Source: Verrucomicrobiaceae bacterium (GTDB lineage: Bacteria; Verrucomicrobiota; Verrucomicrobiia; Verrucomicrobiales; V1-33). From it: DNA of 64,000 bases. The stretch's first letter is position 1. Every line of letters begins with the position of its first letter. The DNA lies in assembly GCA_027483175.1 (NCBI GenBank), contig JAIXVE010000058.1, positions 7,710 through 71,709 of the forward strand, in the 5' to 3' direction. The position numbers were made by a program, and so were the translations under genes. Positions 9,178 through 17,239 of the stretch are shown piece by piece. The notes beneath the pieces are model-generated. The model was not told the DNA's origin. It saw only the letters and a list, made by a program, of their open reading frames with translations, and ran no database searches.

Positions 9178-10194
9178 TCAGGCTGAGGGGAGCCGTTCGG
9201 CGACGCGGAGGCGTGCGCTGCGGGAGCGTGGGTTGGCGGCGAGTTCGGCTGGGGAAGGGGAGATGGCGCGTCGGGAGGGGAGGGAGAGGCAGAGATCGGG
9301 GTTGGGGCGCGGGGCGGGCCACTCCGGGCGATCGGTTTCGGTTTCGCTGAGGTGGCGCATCCAGAGTTTGACGATTCTGTCTTCGAGGGAGTGGAAGGTG
9401 ATGACGGCGATGCGGCCGTAGGGGAGGAGGCAGGGAGGGGCGGCGGCGAGGGCGCGCTGGAGGCAGCCGAGTTCGTCGTTGACGGCGATGCGGAGGGCCT
9501 GGAAGGATTTGACGGCGGGGTGCTGGGCTCCTTTTTTAGGGACTACCGAGGCGATGACGTCGGCGAGTTCGGTGGTGGAGGAGAACGGTTGGGATTCGCG
9601 GTGGCGGACGATGGCGGCGGCGATGCGGCGGGAGGCGTGTTCTTCGCCGAGGCGGTAGAGCGTGTCAGCGATTTCGGATTCGGGCCATGAATTGACGATG
9701 GAGGCGGCGCTGATGGCGTCTGACTGGTCCATGCGCATGTCGAGCGGGCCGTTGAAGCGGATGGAGAAGCCGCGGGAGGCGTCGTCGAACTGGTGGCTGC
9801 TGACGCCGATGTCGAGGAGGATGCCGTGGAGGGGGCCGATGGCTTCGCGCTGAAGGATTTCTGGGAACTGGTCGAAGCGGGCGTGGAAGATGCGGAAGCG
9901 GTCGGGGTAGGCGGCTTGGAGGGGAGCGGCCTGGGCGATGGCGTCGTGGTCGCGGTCGATGGCGATGACGGAAGCACCTGCGGCGAGGAGACGGGAGGAA
10001 TGGCCTCCGCCGCCGAAGGTCCCGTCGAGGATGGTCATGCCGGGGCGTGGGGCGAGGGCGGCGACGACCTCGTCTGGCATGACTGGGAGGTGGTAATTAG
10101 AGGGTCCCTCGGGAGTGGGAGGGATGGTGAGCCCGCGGTTGGGCCGCTCCGTATGAGGGGAGGGAGGCGCTGCGGGATCAGGGGCCGAGGGCAT
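9178..10194 (-). CDS. rsmH: 16S rRNA (cytosine1402-N4)-methyltransferase
   Basis: 338 aa with motifs DGTFGGGGHS, DIGVSSHQFD and FHSLEDR. It is the first gene of the dcw cluster. The true start may lie about 30 codons downstream of 10194. Confidence 0.92.
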   Translation of the reverse strand: MPSAPDPAAPPSPHTERPNRGLTIPPTPEGPSNYHLPVMPDEVVAALAPRPGMTILDGTFGGGGHSSRLLAAGASVIAIDRDHDAIAQAAPLQAAYPDRFRIFHARFDQFPEILQREAIGPLHGILLDIGVSSHQFDDASRGFSIRFNGPLDMRMDQSDAISAASIVNSWPESEIADTLYRLGEEHASRRIAAAIVRHRESQPFSSTTELADVIASVVPKKGAQHPAVKSFQALRIAVNDELGCLQRALAAAPPCLLPYGRIAVITFHSLEDRIVKLWMRHLSETETDRPEWPAPRPNPDLCLSLPSRRAISPSPAELAANPRSRSARLRVAERLPSA

Positions 10195-10298
10195 GAAAAG
10201 CTGGCAGAGGAGCGGGTTGAGAAAGAGAACTTAGAAGTTAAGTCTTCGGAAATTTCGGTCAATCGGAATAGAAGAAACCGCGGTAATTATGGTTTTTG

Positions 10299-10360
10299 TG
10301 CGAAAGTGGTTTTAGTTAAGATTTGCGAAAGATCAATGTTTTTCCCGGTTTTTTGCGAAA
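10299..10360. promoter_or_regulatory. three direct TGCGAAA repeats in the AT-rich divergent rsmH / bamD-like intergenic region (candidate operator/promoter element)
   Basis: TGCGAAA occurs at 10299-10305, 10324-10330 and 10354-10360, each preceded by a T-run (consensus TTTGCGAAAG). The spacings are 25 and 30 nt. The function has not been tested. Confidence 0.3.
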
Positions 10361-10426
10361 TGGGGTGGGGGAGAGGGTGTGGGTGGAGTGGCTTGACGGC
10401 TGGGAAAGGTCTTTTATAGTTCGCCG

Positions 10427-11818
10427 ATGAAATCCCCCTCCTGCCGCCTGCTGGTTGCCGCCGTGGCGCTTGTCCAGAATGTTGCTGTGGTGGACGCGGT
10501 GGCGTTGCCGAATCCTTTTAAGAAGAAAGTGGCTGAGTCTGTGCCAGCTGCGCCGGAGTTGAAGGCAGCGGAGGCTGAGGCGTCGCGGATGTTTGCGGAG
10601 GCGGCGGCGGATGAGGCTGCGGGGAAGACTGGGGCTGCGGAGAAGAGCTACCGGCGGATTGTGCGGGATTATCCGTTTACGAATGCGGCACCGGCGGCGC
10701 AGTTCCGGCTGGCGGCGTCATTGGAGCAGAACGGGAAGTTGCCGAAGGCGTTTGATGCGTATCAGGAATTGATCGAGACGTACCGGAAGACCCCGCAGTT
10801 TGCGGAGGCGCTGGATCGGCAGTATGGGATTGCGATGCAGAGCCGGACGGAGCGGACGGGGTCGTTTTTCGGGATACCTCGGAAGGTGGATGCGACGGAT
10901 CTGATTGGGATGTTCGGGAAGATCATTGCGAACGCGCCGCAGGGGAGCCACGCGGCGGAGGCGCAGTTTGAGATCGGGCAGATTTATGATGACGACAAAG
11001 AGCCGGACCTGGCGATTGCGGCCTATAAGAAGGTGACGGAGGATTATCCGCAGAGCCCCTTGGCGAAGGAGGCGCAGATGCGGGTGAGTAAGAATTACAT
11101 CGGGAAGGTGAAGGACGGGAGCCGTGATGAATCGAACATCAAGGAGGCGCGCGTGGCGACGGAGAACTCAATGGGATTGTTTCCGGATCCGGGAGCGGAT
11201 TTGGGCGGGACGCAGACGGAGATTGACGAGGCGGCGTCGGAGAGTGCGTTCAAGACGGGGCGGTACTATGAGAAGCGCGGGAATCTGCGTGCGGCGATGA
11301 TGTACTACACGGAGGTGCTGAAGGCTCCTGGGAGCACGCATTATGAGGAGGTGCGGGACCGGGTGAACGAGATGAGCAGCCGGGATCCGAAGCTGATGGA
11401 TTCGGTGCGGGATTTGAAGGTGAACACGACGGAGCTGGCGGTGCCTGCGGCGAGTGATGTGAAGGGGCGTGCGGAGTATTTCGGGCCGCCGATGCTGGCG
11501 AGTGGGCGAGCGAAGAAGAGTGGTGAGGTGAAGCGGCCGGGGATGAGGCAGGGGGATTCGGTGCCGATCACGCCGATTGAGGAACCGGAGTTGCCGACGG
11601 GGAGTGACAAGGCTGGCAAGCCTGATGATTCGCTGCTGAATCCGGGGAGTGTGCCGTTGCCTGATCCTGGTGCGGCGGTGCCGCCGCCGGTGACGCCTGG
11701 GTTGGAGCCGCCGAGTCTGGGGCCTGATGGGGGATCGCCGCCGGAGATTCCGGCGAGTGGTACCGGGGAGAAGCCTGCGGATGAGAAGAAGGGTGAGGGC
11801 GAGAAGAAGGCCGAGTGA
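10427..11818 (+). CDS. BamD/YfiO-like TPR outer-membrane assembly protein with Pro-rich C-terminal extension
   Basis: 463 aa with a signal peptide. It has repeated TPR-like helices with BamD/YbgF-type wording (YRRIVRDYPFTNAAPAAQFRLAASLEQNGKLPKAFDAYQELIETY; AEAQFEIGQIYDDDKEPDLAIAAYKKVTEDYPQSPLAKEAQMRV). An lptE-like gene is adjacent. Confidence 0.7.
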   Translation: MKSPSCRLLVAAVALVQNVAVVDAVALPNPFKKKVAESVPAAPELKAAEAEASRMFAEAAADEAAGKTGAAEKSYRRIVRDYPFTNAAPAAQFRLAASLEQNGKLPKAFDAYQELIETYRKTPQFAEALDRQYGIAMQSRTERTGSFFGIPRKVDATDLIGMFGKIIANAPQGSHAAEAQFEIGQIYDDDKEPDLAIAAYKKVTEDYPQSPLAKEAQMRVSKNYIGKVKDGSRDESNIKEARVATENSMGLFPDPGADLGGTQTEIDEAASESAFKTGRYYEKRGNLRAAMMYYTEVLKAPGSTHYEEVRDRVNEMSSRDPKLMDSVRDLKVNTTELAVPAASDVKGRAEYFGPPMLASGRAKKSGEVKRPGMRQGDSVPITPIEEPELPTGSDKAGKPDDSLLNPGSVPLPDPGAAVPPPVTPGLEPPSLGPDGGSPPEIPASGTGEKPADEKKGEGEKKAE

Positions 11819-11846
11819 GAGAGGTTAGATTTTCCGAATTGACTCC

Positions 11847-12473
11847 ATGATATCTTATACTGGTTTTGTGCGTGCTGCGGTGTTTGCTGTGGTGGCGGTG
11901 GTATTTTCGAATTGTGCCGGGTATCAAATGGGGGCGAGTCGGCCGGCGGCGATGGAGGGCGTGAAGACGCTTGCGGTGCCGTTGTTCCGGAACAACACGC
12001 TGGAGCCGAGGGCGTCGTCGATTGTGTCGAACAACGTGGTGAGATTGCTGCACAATGACGGGACGTACAAGCTGGTGGATTCGAGTCTGGCGGATGCGGT
12101 GCTGAAGGGGACGATCACGCGATTTGACCGGCGGCAGCTGCGTTCGGCACGGAACAACAGTTTGCGGACGCGGGAGCTGGAGTTGCGGGTCTGGATTGAC
12201 TACACGGTGGAGACGCGGACTGGGGCGGTGCTGATGCGGGGGACGGCGAATGGGTCGACGTCGCTGTTCCTTGACCCGAATTTCCAACTGACGGAGCGTC
12301 AGGGGATTGATGATGCGTCGCTGCGGGCGGCGGAGGATCTGGTGAGCCGGTTGTGTGAGGGCTGGGGGTCAGATGCGTTTCCGGTGGATGCGAGCGGGCA
12401 GGTGGTGCCGGTGGCCGGGGATGCGGCGGCGCGGTCGGCGATGCCTGGGTTCATGCAGCCGAGGGTGAGGTGA
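11847..12473 (+). CDS. LptE-like LPS-assembly lipoprotein
   Basis: 208 aa with a lipobox-like VVFSNC|AGY. The pattern VKTLAVPLFRNNTLEPRASSIVSNNVVRLL...ADAVLKGTITRFD resembles the LptE/RlpB family. Confidence 0.55.
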   Translation: MISYTGFVRAAVFAVVAVVFSNCAGYQMGASRPAAMEGVKTLAVPLFRNNTLEPRASSIVSNNVVRLLHNDGTYKLVDSSLADAVLKGTITRFDRRQLRSARNNSLRTRELELRVWIDYTVETRTGAVLMRGTANGSTSLFLDPNFQLTERQGIDDASLRAAEDLVSRLCEGWGSDAFPVDASGQVVPVAGDAAARSAMPGFMQPRVR

Positions 12474-12595
12474 GTTGGGGGGATGGGGCTGTTTCCGGAT
12501 TCCTGTGGAGGTCGTTGGTTTGAGGGTGCTGCTGCTGCTTCGCTGGGGCAGTGGCAAGGCAGGGGTAGCCTGAATCTGGCCGCAACAAAGGCGCC

Positions 12596-13297
12596 ATGAA
12601 AACGCAGATATTGACCGGAACTTGCCTACTGGCGGTGATCGCGGCGATTTACGTATTCAGCCGCGAGGAGAGGCCTAAGCCAAATGTGACCGAACCTGGT
12701 GTGGCTAAACAAGTCGGACCTTCAGGACCTGCCGAGAAAGAGCCTGACATTTTCGCAATAGCCAAGGCTGAGGCTAATCTGCCCGCTGATTACGTTCTCA
12801 CGCCGGAGCAGAAGGAAAAGATCATGAGTCGGCGGGAGGAGATCCTGAGAAAACAGCGAGCGAAGGAAATGTATCCTACTGAAGATGAGTTGAAGATAAT
12901 GCTAAAGACTCCGGTAGAGTTCTACGGACGAGTGTTGGACCAATTTGATCAGCCTGTCGTGGGTGCTGACATACGTTGCTCGTGGCCTTTCATCGGTCCG
13001 CAGGAATCCCCCGTTAATGTTTTATCATCCGCTCCCCATGGTGACTTCGAAATACGGAACATCAAGGCGGCGGCTCTTCGCATCTCCGTCTACCCTCCAG
13101 CCGGATATGCAGAGGAAGTGCGGGACTCTAAGAGAGTACAAATCGCGAAAGCGCCTGATCGGCTGCTGAACATTTTTGACTTAAAGAATGCAACACCCGA
13201 GCAGCTTGAAAATCTGCCGCAATTTTTTTTTGGCGGAGCTGAAAGCTACAAGGGTGACAAGGCAAAGCCCGTGATCTTTCGGCTGAAGAAGCTCTGA
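12596..13297 (+). CDS. hypothetical membrane-anchored protein (possible carboxypeptidase-regulatory-like beta domain)
   Basis: 233-aa ORF with an N-terminal anchor (LTGTCLLAVIAAIYVF). GC is clearly lower than in neighbouring genes and the local G>C asymmetry is absent. No recognisable catalytic motif. Confidence 0.55.
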   Translation: MKTQILTGTCLLAVIAAIYVFSREERPKPNVTEPGVAKQVGPSGPAEKEPDIFAIAKAEANLPADYVLTPEQKEKIMSRREEILRKQRAKEMYPTEDELKIMLKTPVEFYGRVLDQFDQPVVGADIRCSWPFIGPQESPVNVLSSAPHGDFEIRNIKAAALRISVYPPAGYAEEVRDSKRVQIAKAPDRLLNIFDLKNATPEQLENLPQFFFGGAESYKGDKAKPVIFRLKKL

Positions 13298-13796
13298 GGG
13301 AGCAACACCGCGAGTCTCCCGCCAGTCGCGATTCGACGCATCATCCTGCCCCGCCGGTGACACTGAGCCTGGCATTTTGCGGATGGGCGTTGGGTGGATA
13401 GAAGTCGGTGGCTTTGATTACGAGCACGCTGCGCTGGCTGTCATGAAAGGCGCGGGCATCATGCGTGCGGCGAAGTTCCGGAAGTGGGCGCACAAGTTCG
13501 GTTGCCGCTTCATGATTAATGGGGTCAATCTGGTGGACTGAAAGGCCGGACCATGACAAAGGAGGCGCGATGAAAAGCAAACCTGACTACGACTTCTTCG
13601 AAAAATCGTTGTGTAATGTTAGAAAATTGAGGGGTATCATTACGATGTCCTGCTGGGATCGGAGGAAATCAGAAATGATGCATCCGGTTCTCCTGCGGCA
13701 AGAATCGTACAGGGAGCGGATGAATTTGGAAACTGCATTTTCGAGGCAACTAGTTATGCTGCAATACCCGGGCATGGGCTGAGTCGACTGCAGGAA

Positions 13797-14204
13797 TTGG
13801 TGCGCCATCCGCTGCCTCCTGATTTCATCGCATTTTTCGAAAAATACGAAAAAGCGCTCGCCGTCACCTTGACCTATCCCTTGTATTTCTGGCCTGAGGA
13901 CAAAATCATCGAAGAAATCAACGAGCGAAGGGAATTTCTGGACCGCCCCATGCGTACCTTCCGCTTTGGTGAACAGTATGAAAGGGAAGCGACGCAGTAT
14001 GGGCTTTGGCTTGAGGCGCCGGGGACCATGGAGTGGCGGGTGATTAGCATGGATCGCGGGGTAATCGATGAGGATGATGACCCGTATGTGGAGCCTGATC
14101 GCATTGTTGGCGCCTCCTTTTTCGAATGGTTCAAGGAGTGGATGGAGTCAGACGGAGCATCCGATCCTTTTTCGAACGGGAATTTCTTCCAGGCCGTGCC
14201 ATGA
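13797..14204 (+). CDS. SUKH/SMI1-KNR4-like protein, possibly 5-prime truncated
   Basis: 135 aa from a TTG start. LPPDFIAFFEKYE near the N-terminus and FFEWFKEWMES near the C-terminus resemble SMI1/KNR4 (SUKH) immunity-type domains. The same frame stays open upstream to 13623 (..GLSRLQELV) with no canonical start, which suggests 5-prime decay. Confidence 0.4.
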   Translation: MVRHPLPPDFIAFFEKYEKALAVTLTYPLYFWPEDKIIEEINERREFLDRPMRTFRFGEQYEREATQYGLWLEAPGTMEWRVISMDRGVIDEDDDPYVEPDRIVGASFFEWFKEWMESDGASDPFSNGNFFQAVP

Positions 14205-14425
14205 TGGCAATCGCGGGTCGTGGCTGACTGGTTGTCCTTGAACAATCTGGCGGGAGGTGGTGCCGGTGGCAGGGAGGGAATAGATTGTGGCGGAAAGTGG
14301 TTTTTGAAATGTGAGGGTGGTGTTGGGGACGCAACCCCGTTGGGATTGGGGGGCGACGGGATGGGGCGGGGCAAGGGCGGGAACGGAGAGTGGTGTTTTG
14401 ACGCGAAGGGGGGAGGGGGAAGGGG

Positions 14426-14840
14426 GATTTGAGAGGGCTTGTGGGGAGAGGCGCGAGTACGGAGCCTCGCGTGCCCGGGCTTGTACGGAGAGGGCGGGTA
14501 GGCGTGCTCCGCACGCAGAGAGAGCTGTGATTCTCCCAGCAGTCCAGAGCCTGCGGCTGGCTGGTACGGGGGGGGCGTGTGAGAAGGCGCGAGTACGGAG
14601 CCTCGCGTGCCCGGTGCTTGTTGGGAGGGGCTTGTGGGGAGGGGCTTGAATGGTGCCGGGCCAGCGGGCTGGCTCCGGGAAAGCGGCAGCAGGCTTCCGC
14701 AGTCCAAGGGCCATCGGCCAGCTTGTTCGAAGGGGCGGACCCCTACGGGGTCCTGTGGTATTGTGTTGGGTACCGGGGGTACCGCGAGTGGCTCGCGGCA
14801 CCCCCGGCTAGTCACCGGTCGTCCCTACGGGACGGGGGCT
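14426..14840 (+). repeat. GC-rich mosaic intergenic repeat block (hairpin modules) preceded by a single GATTTGA unit
   Basis: GATTTGA lies at 14426-14432. Hairpins are CGCGAG-N8-CTCGCG at 14452-14471 and 14588-14607, and GCGTGC-TCC-GCACGC at 14502-14516. The GAGAGCTGTGATTCTCCCAGCAGTCCAGAGCCTGCGGC module runs to 14564. Further hairpins are GGACCCC-TAC-GGGGTCC (14737-14753), the nested CCGGGGGT..CGCGAG-TGG-CTCGCG..ACCCCCGG (14773-14807) and CGTCCC-TAC-GGGACG (14820-14834). Related copies lie at 37.3-38.1, 49.6-49.8 and 50.8-50.9 kb. Confidence 0.85.
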
Positions 14841-14972
14841 TGGTCGGAGAAGGGGCTCAAGCGGAGGCGCGGAGGCAGGCTAGTTGGGAGTGGATAGTTA
14901 CGTGGAAGCGGTGAGTGCTGCCGATGGCGGTGGTGCGTGTGAGATGAGAACGATAGAGAAACCAAGCAGACC

Positions 14973-15329
14973 ATGGAGATAGCAGTCGTCATTTTTCTGG
15001 GTGTCACTTTTGCGATCGTGAGCCGTGTCATCGCGGGCTCGTTTGATGGGGACCGTGTCGAGCAATACATTCGCGACATGGGATGCGAGTTGCTGGACAA
15101 GAGTTGGGATCCGTTTGGTCCTGGGTGGTTTGGCGAGAAGGATGCGAGGATCTATCAGGTTGTGTATCGGGACCGTGAGGGGCGGGTGCATCGGGCGCAC
15201 GTGAAGACGTCGATGATGAGTGGGGTGTATCTGACGAACGACGAGATTGTGGAAGACCGGCCCAAGCGAAGTGTGGAGGAGGAGAAGGCCGAGTTGCGGC
15301 GGCGTCTGGCCGAGCTTGAAAAGGAGTGA
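14973..15329 (+). CDS. hypothetical small membrane-anchored protein
   Basis: 118 aa with an N-terminal TM helix (IAVVIFLGVTFAIVSRVIAG), a soluble domain and a charged coiled-coil tail (EEEKAELRRRLAELEKE). No family recognised. Confidence 0.45.
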   Translation: MEIAVVIFLGVTFAIVSRVIAGSFDGDRVEQYIRDMGCELLDKSWDPFGPGWFGEKDARIYQVVYRDREGRVHRAHVKTSMMSGVYLTNDEIVEDRPKRSVEEEKAELRRRLAELEKE

Positions 15330-15441
15330 GGGTGGGAGAGCGTTCGAGGGAGCGTAGCTGAGGGGAGTGGTGGGCGGTGCGCGGGGATGAAGGCTTTTGA
15401 CATTCGGCGGATGGCGTGTTTCTTTGGAGGGAGAAACAGGA

Positions 15442-15882
15442 ATGATGCTGGCAGAAACGACACTCTTGGATTGTGTGGGGCTCTTTGGCATTTGGGTGGT
15501 ATTTGTGGTGGTGGACTATGTGATCGCACGGGCGGGGTGGACGCGCGAGAGTCAGGCGGCGTCGTTTTGGGAATGGTCGACGCGGCATCGGCCCGAGAGG
15601 AAGCTGAAGGGTGTTGAGGCTGTGGGTGCTGTGAGGGAGTTCTACCGGTCTCCGGTGTCATTCCTGATCATTGGGCTGCCCGGGTTTGCGTTTTGTTGCG
15701 GTACCACTTTGATGTTTCTGCTGCGGGATGCGGGGGTGACGATTTTTGAGTGGGCGATCCTGATCAATGTTGTGTTGCTGTGGTATTGGCAAGGATTGGC
15801 CGGGCGGCTGATGTTCCGGCGGATGTCCCGCATGGTGGCGGTTGATGGGCGGGAGGCGGGTGTGGCTTTGTTGGGTGAATGA
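15442..15882 (+). CDS. hypothetical multi-pass membrane protein
   Basis: About 146 aa from ATG 15442, which is preceded by GGAGGGAGAAACAGGA. At least three hydrophobic helices are present (GLFGIWVVFVVVDYVI; FLIIGLPGFAFCCGTTLMFLL; WAILINVVLLWYW). Confidence 0.45.
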   Translation: MMLAETTLLDCVGLFGIWVVFVVVDYVIARAGWTRESQAASFWEWSTRHRPERKLKGVEAVGAVREFYRSPVSFLIIGLPGFAFCCGTTLMFLLRDAGVTIFEWAILINVVLLWYWQGLAGRLMFRRMSRMVAVDGREAGVALLGE

Positions 15883-16005
15883 GGGTGAGGGTGTCAGGGG
15901 TGGGGTGGTGGCGGGTGTGGGATTGATGGTTGGTGGTTGTTTCCGGCCCTTGCAAATTCGGTTGGATCCGGAATGGTTCTGATTGTGTTGCATGCTGCTG
16001 AAACC

Positions 16006-16569
16006 ATGATTCCGCCGAAGTCCGTCGATGAGCTGGAGGCAGCGATTGGTGCGGGTTTTGATCCGAAGTTCGTTTTCTTCTGGGGCCATCAGCCATCATC
16101 AGACGGCAGAGTCACGAAGGCATGCTTCAGTCAGTGGTGGATGGCGCCATTCACCGCAGATGGGATTGAGTATCGGACAGCCGAGCACTTCATGATGGCG
16201 TCGAAAGCGCGATTGTTTGGCGATGCAGTGACACTTGAGCGCATTCTTGCGGCACCACATCCGAAGCAGGCGAAGGACCTTGGTCGGTCGGTGGCTGGCT
16301 TTGACGAAGCTGTATGGCTCGCGCATCGGTTTGAGTATGTGGTCGCAGGCAACCATGCGAAGTTTTCCCAGCATTCAGAGTTAGCCGATTTCCTCCTTGG
16401 TACTGGGCAGCGTGTTCTGGTTGAGGCGAGTCCGGTGGATCGGATATGGGGCATTGGATTGTCGGCGGATTCGCCTGATGCTAGTCGGCCAGATCGCTGG
16501 AGGGGTCTCAATCTGCTTGGATTTGCGCTGATGGAGGTGCGCTACAAGCTATCCCGGGGAGTGCAGTGA
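16006..16569 (+). CDS. NADAR (DUF1768, YbiA-like) family protein
   Basis: The segments FFWGH...FSQWW..PF..DG..YRTAEHFMMASKARLFGD, HPKQAKDLGR and NHAKFSQH..L..FLLGTG...LVEASP.DRIWGIGL match the NADAR fold family. The start is set at the internal ATG (MIPPKSVDELE). The local G>C asymmetry is weak. Confidence 0.8.
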   Translation: MIPPKSVDELEAAIGAGFDPKFVFFWGHQPSSDGRVTKACFSQWWMAPFTADGIEYRTAEHFMMASKARLFGDAVTLERILAAPHPKQAKDLGRSVAGFDEAVWLAHRFEYVVAGNHAKFSQHSELADFLLGTGQRVLVEASPVDRIWGIGLSADSPDASRPDRWRGLNLLGFALMEVRYKLSRGVQ

Positions 16570-17162
16570 CGATCGCCTCCATGACTCACCAATCGAAGGG
16601 GAATCAGTCGCGGGTTCCGGCTGGGCGGGAGGCACTGTCGGGGGTGAAGTTTGGTGGGTGCGGGTTGATGTGGTGCGGGAGGCGAGGGTTTTTCAAGGTG
16701 CTGACTGCGGCGGTTGTTCTGGTGAGTCTTCCGGCGTGTGTTAGTCAGAGGGTTTCGTATGGACCGGGTGTTTCGTTTGAGTGCCGGTTATCTGTCTGGC
16801 CTGCGTTTGATCCGCCGGTGGAGTATCTGGTGCAGAAGGACTCGTTTGGCCGGGCAACGATTACTGAGTTCAGGTACAGAGGGGCTGGAGGGTCTGGGCC
16901 GAAACGGTCGGGGGTGCCGGTGGTGCATGGCATTGATGCGAAGAGATGGGGGGAGTTTGCTGATGCTGTGCGGGAGCATGATCCGTGGAGCATTTCTTCG
17001 AGGCAGCCGTACGAGGATGGGACGGATGGCGCGACGATGATCCTTGAGATCCGGGATGGGGAGCGATATCACCGTGTGCAGCGTTGGGCTCCGTTTGCCC
17101 ATGAGTCGGAGAAGCGGTTTGTCGAGGTTTCGACCGCAGTGGTCGGACTGCTGGCGGATTGA
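16566..17162 (+). CDS. hypothetical lipoprotein, start overlapping NADAR stop
   Basis: The GTG at 16566 overlaps the NADAR TGA (GTGA). Lipobox-like LVSLPAC|VSQ follows MWCGRRGFFKVLTAAVVLV, so the true start may be that internal Met. No family recognised. Confidence 0.45.
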   Translation: MTIASMTHQSKGNQSRVPAGREALSGVKFGGCGLMWCGRRGFFKVLTAAVVLVSLPACVSQRVSYGPGVSFECRLSVWPAFDPPVEYLVQKDSFGRATITEFRYRGAGGSGPKRSGVPVVHGIDAKRWGEFADAVREHDPWSISSRQPYEDGTDGATMILEIRDGERYHRVQRWAPFAHESEKRFVEVSTAVVGLLAD

Positions 17163-17239
17163 GAGCCGGTGGAAGCTCAGCCCGATGTGGAAGGTGCGCT
17201 GTTGTTCAGGGGCGGAGGGAGGTGTTGTTTTGGAGGGAT

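Noticed and set aside
13341-13782. Small ORFs 13341-13580 (minus, 79 aa), 13519-13782 (plus, 87 aa) and 13587-13808 (minus, 73 aa).
   Set aside because: They are mutually overlapping, with no recognisable motifs, odd amino-acid sequences and no clear ribosome-binding context. They are more likely gene debris inside the compositional island. They are mentioned only as possible pseudogene remnants.
13874-14815. 313-aa minus-strand ORF, together with 14131-14514 and 14148-14801 on the minus strand and several plus-strand ORFs across 14.2-14.9 kb.
   Set aside because: They run through the hairpin-repeat block and the reverse strand of the SUKH-like gene. Their Pro/Ser/Gly-rich translations change frame with the repeat modules. 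The same nucleotide modules recur in other intergenic regions, so the conservation is at the DNA or RNA level and not the protein level.
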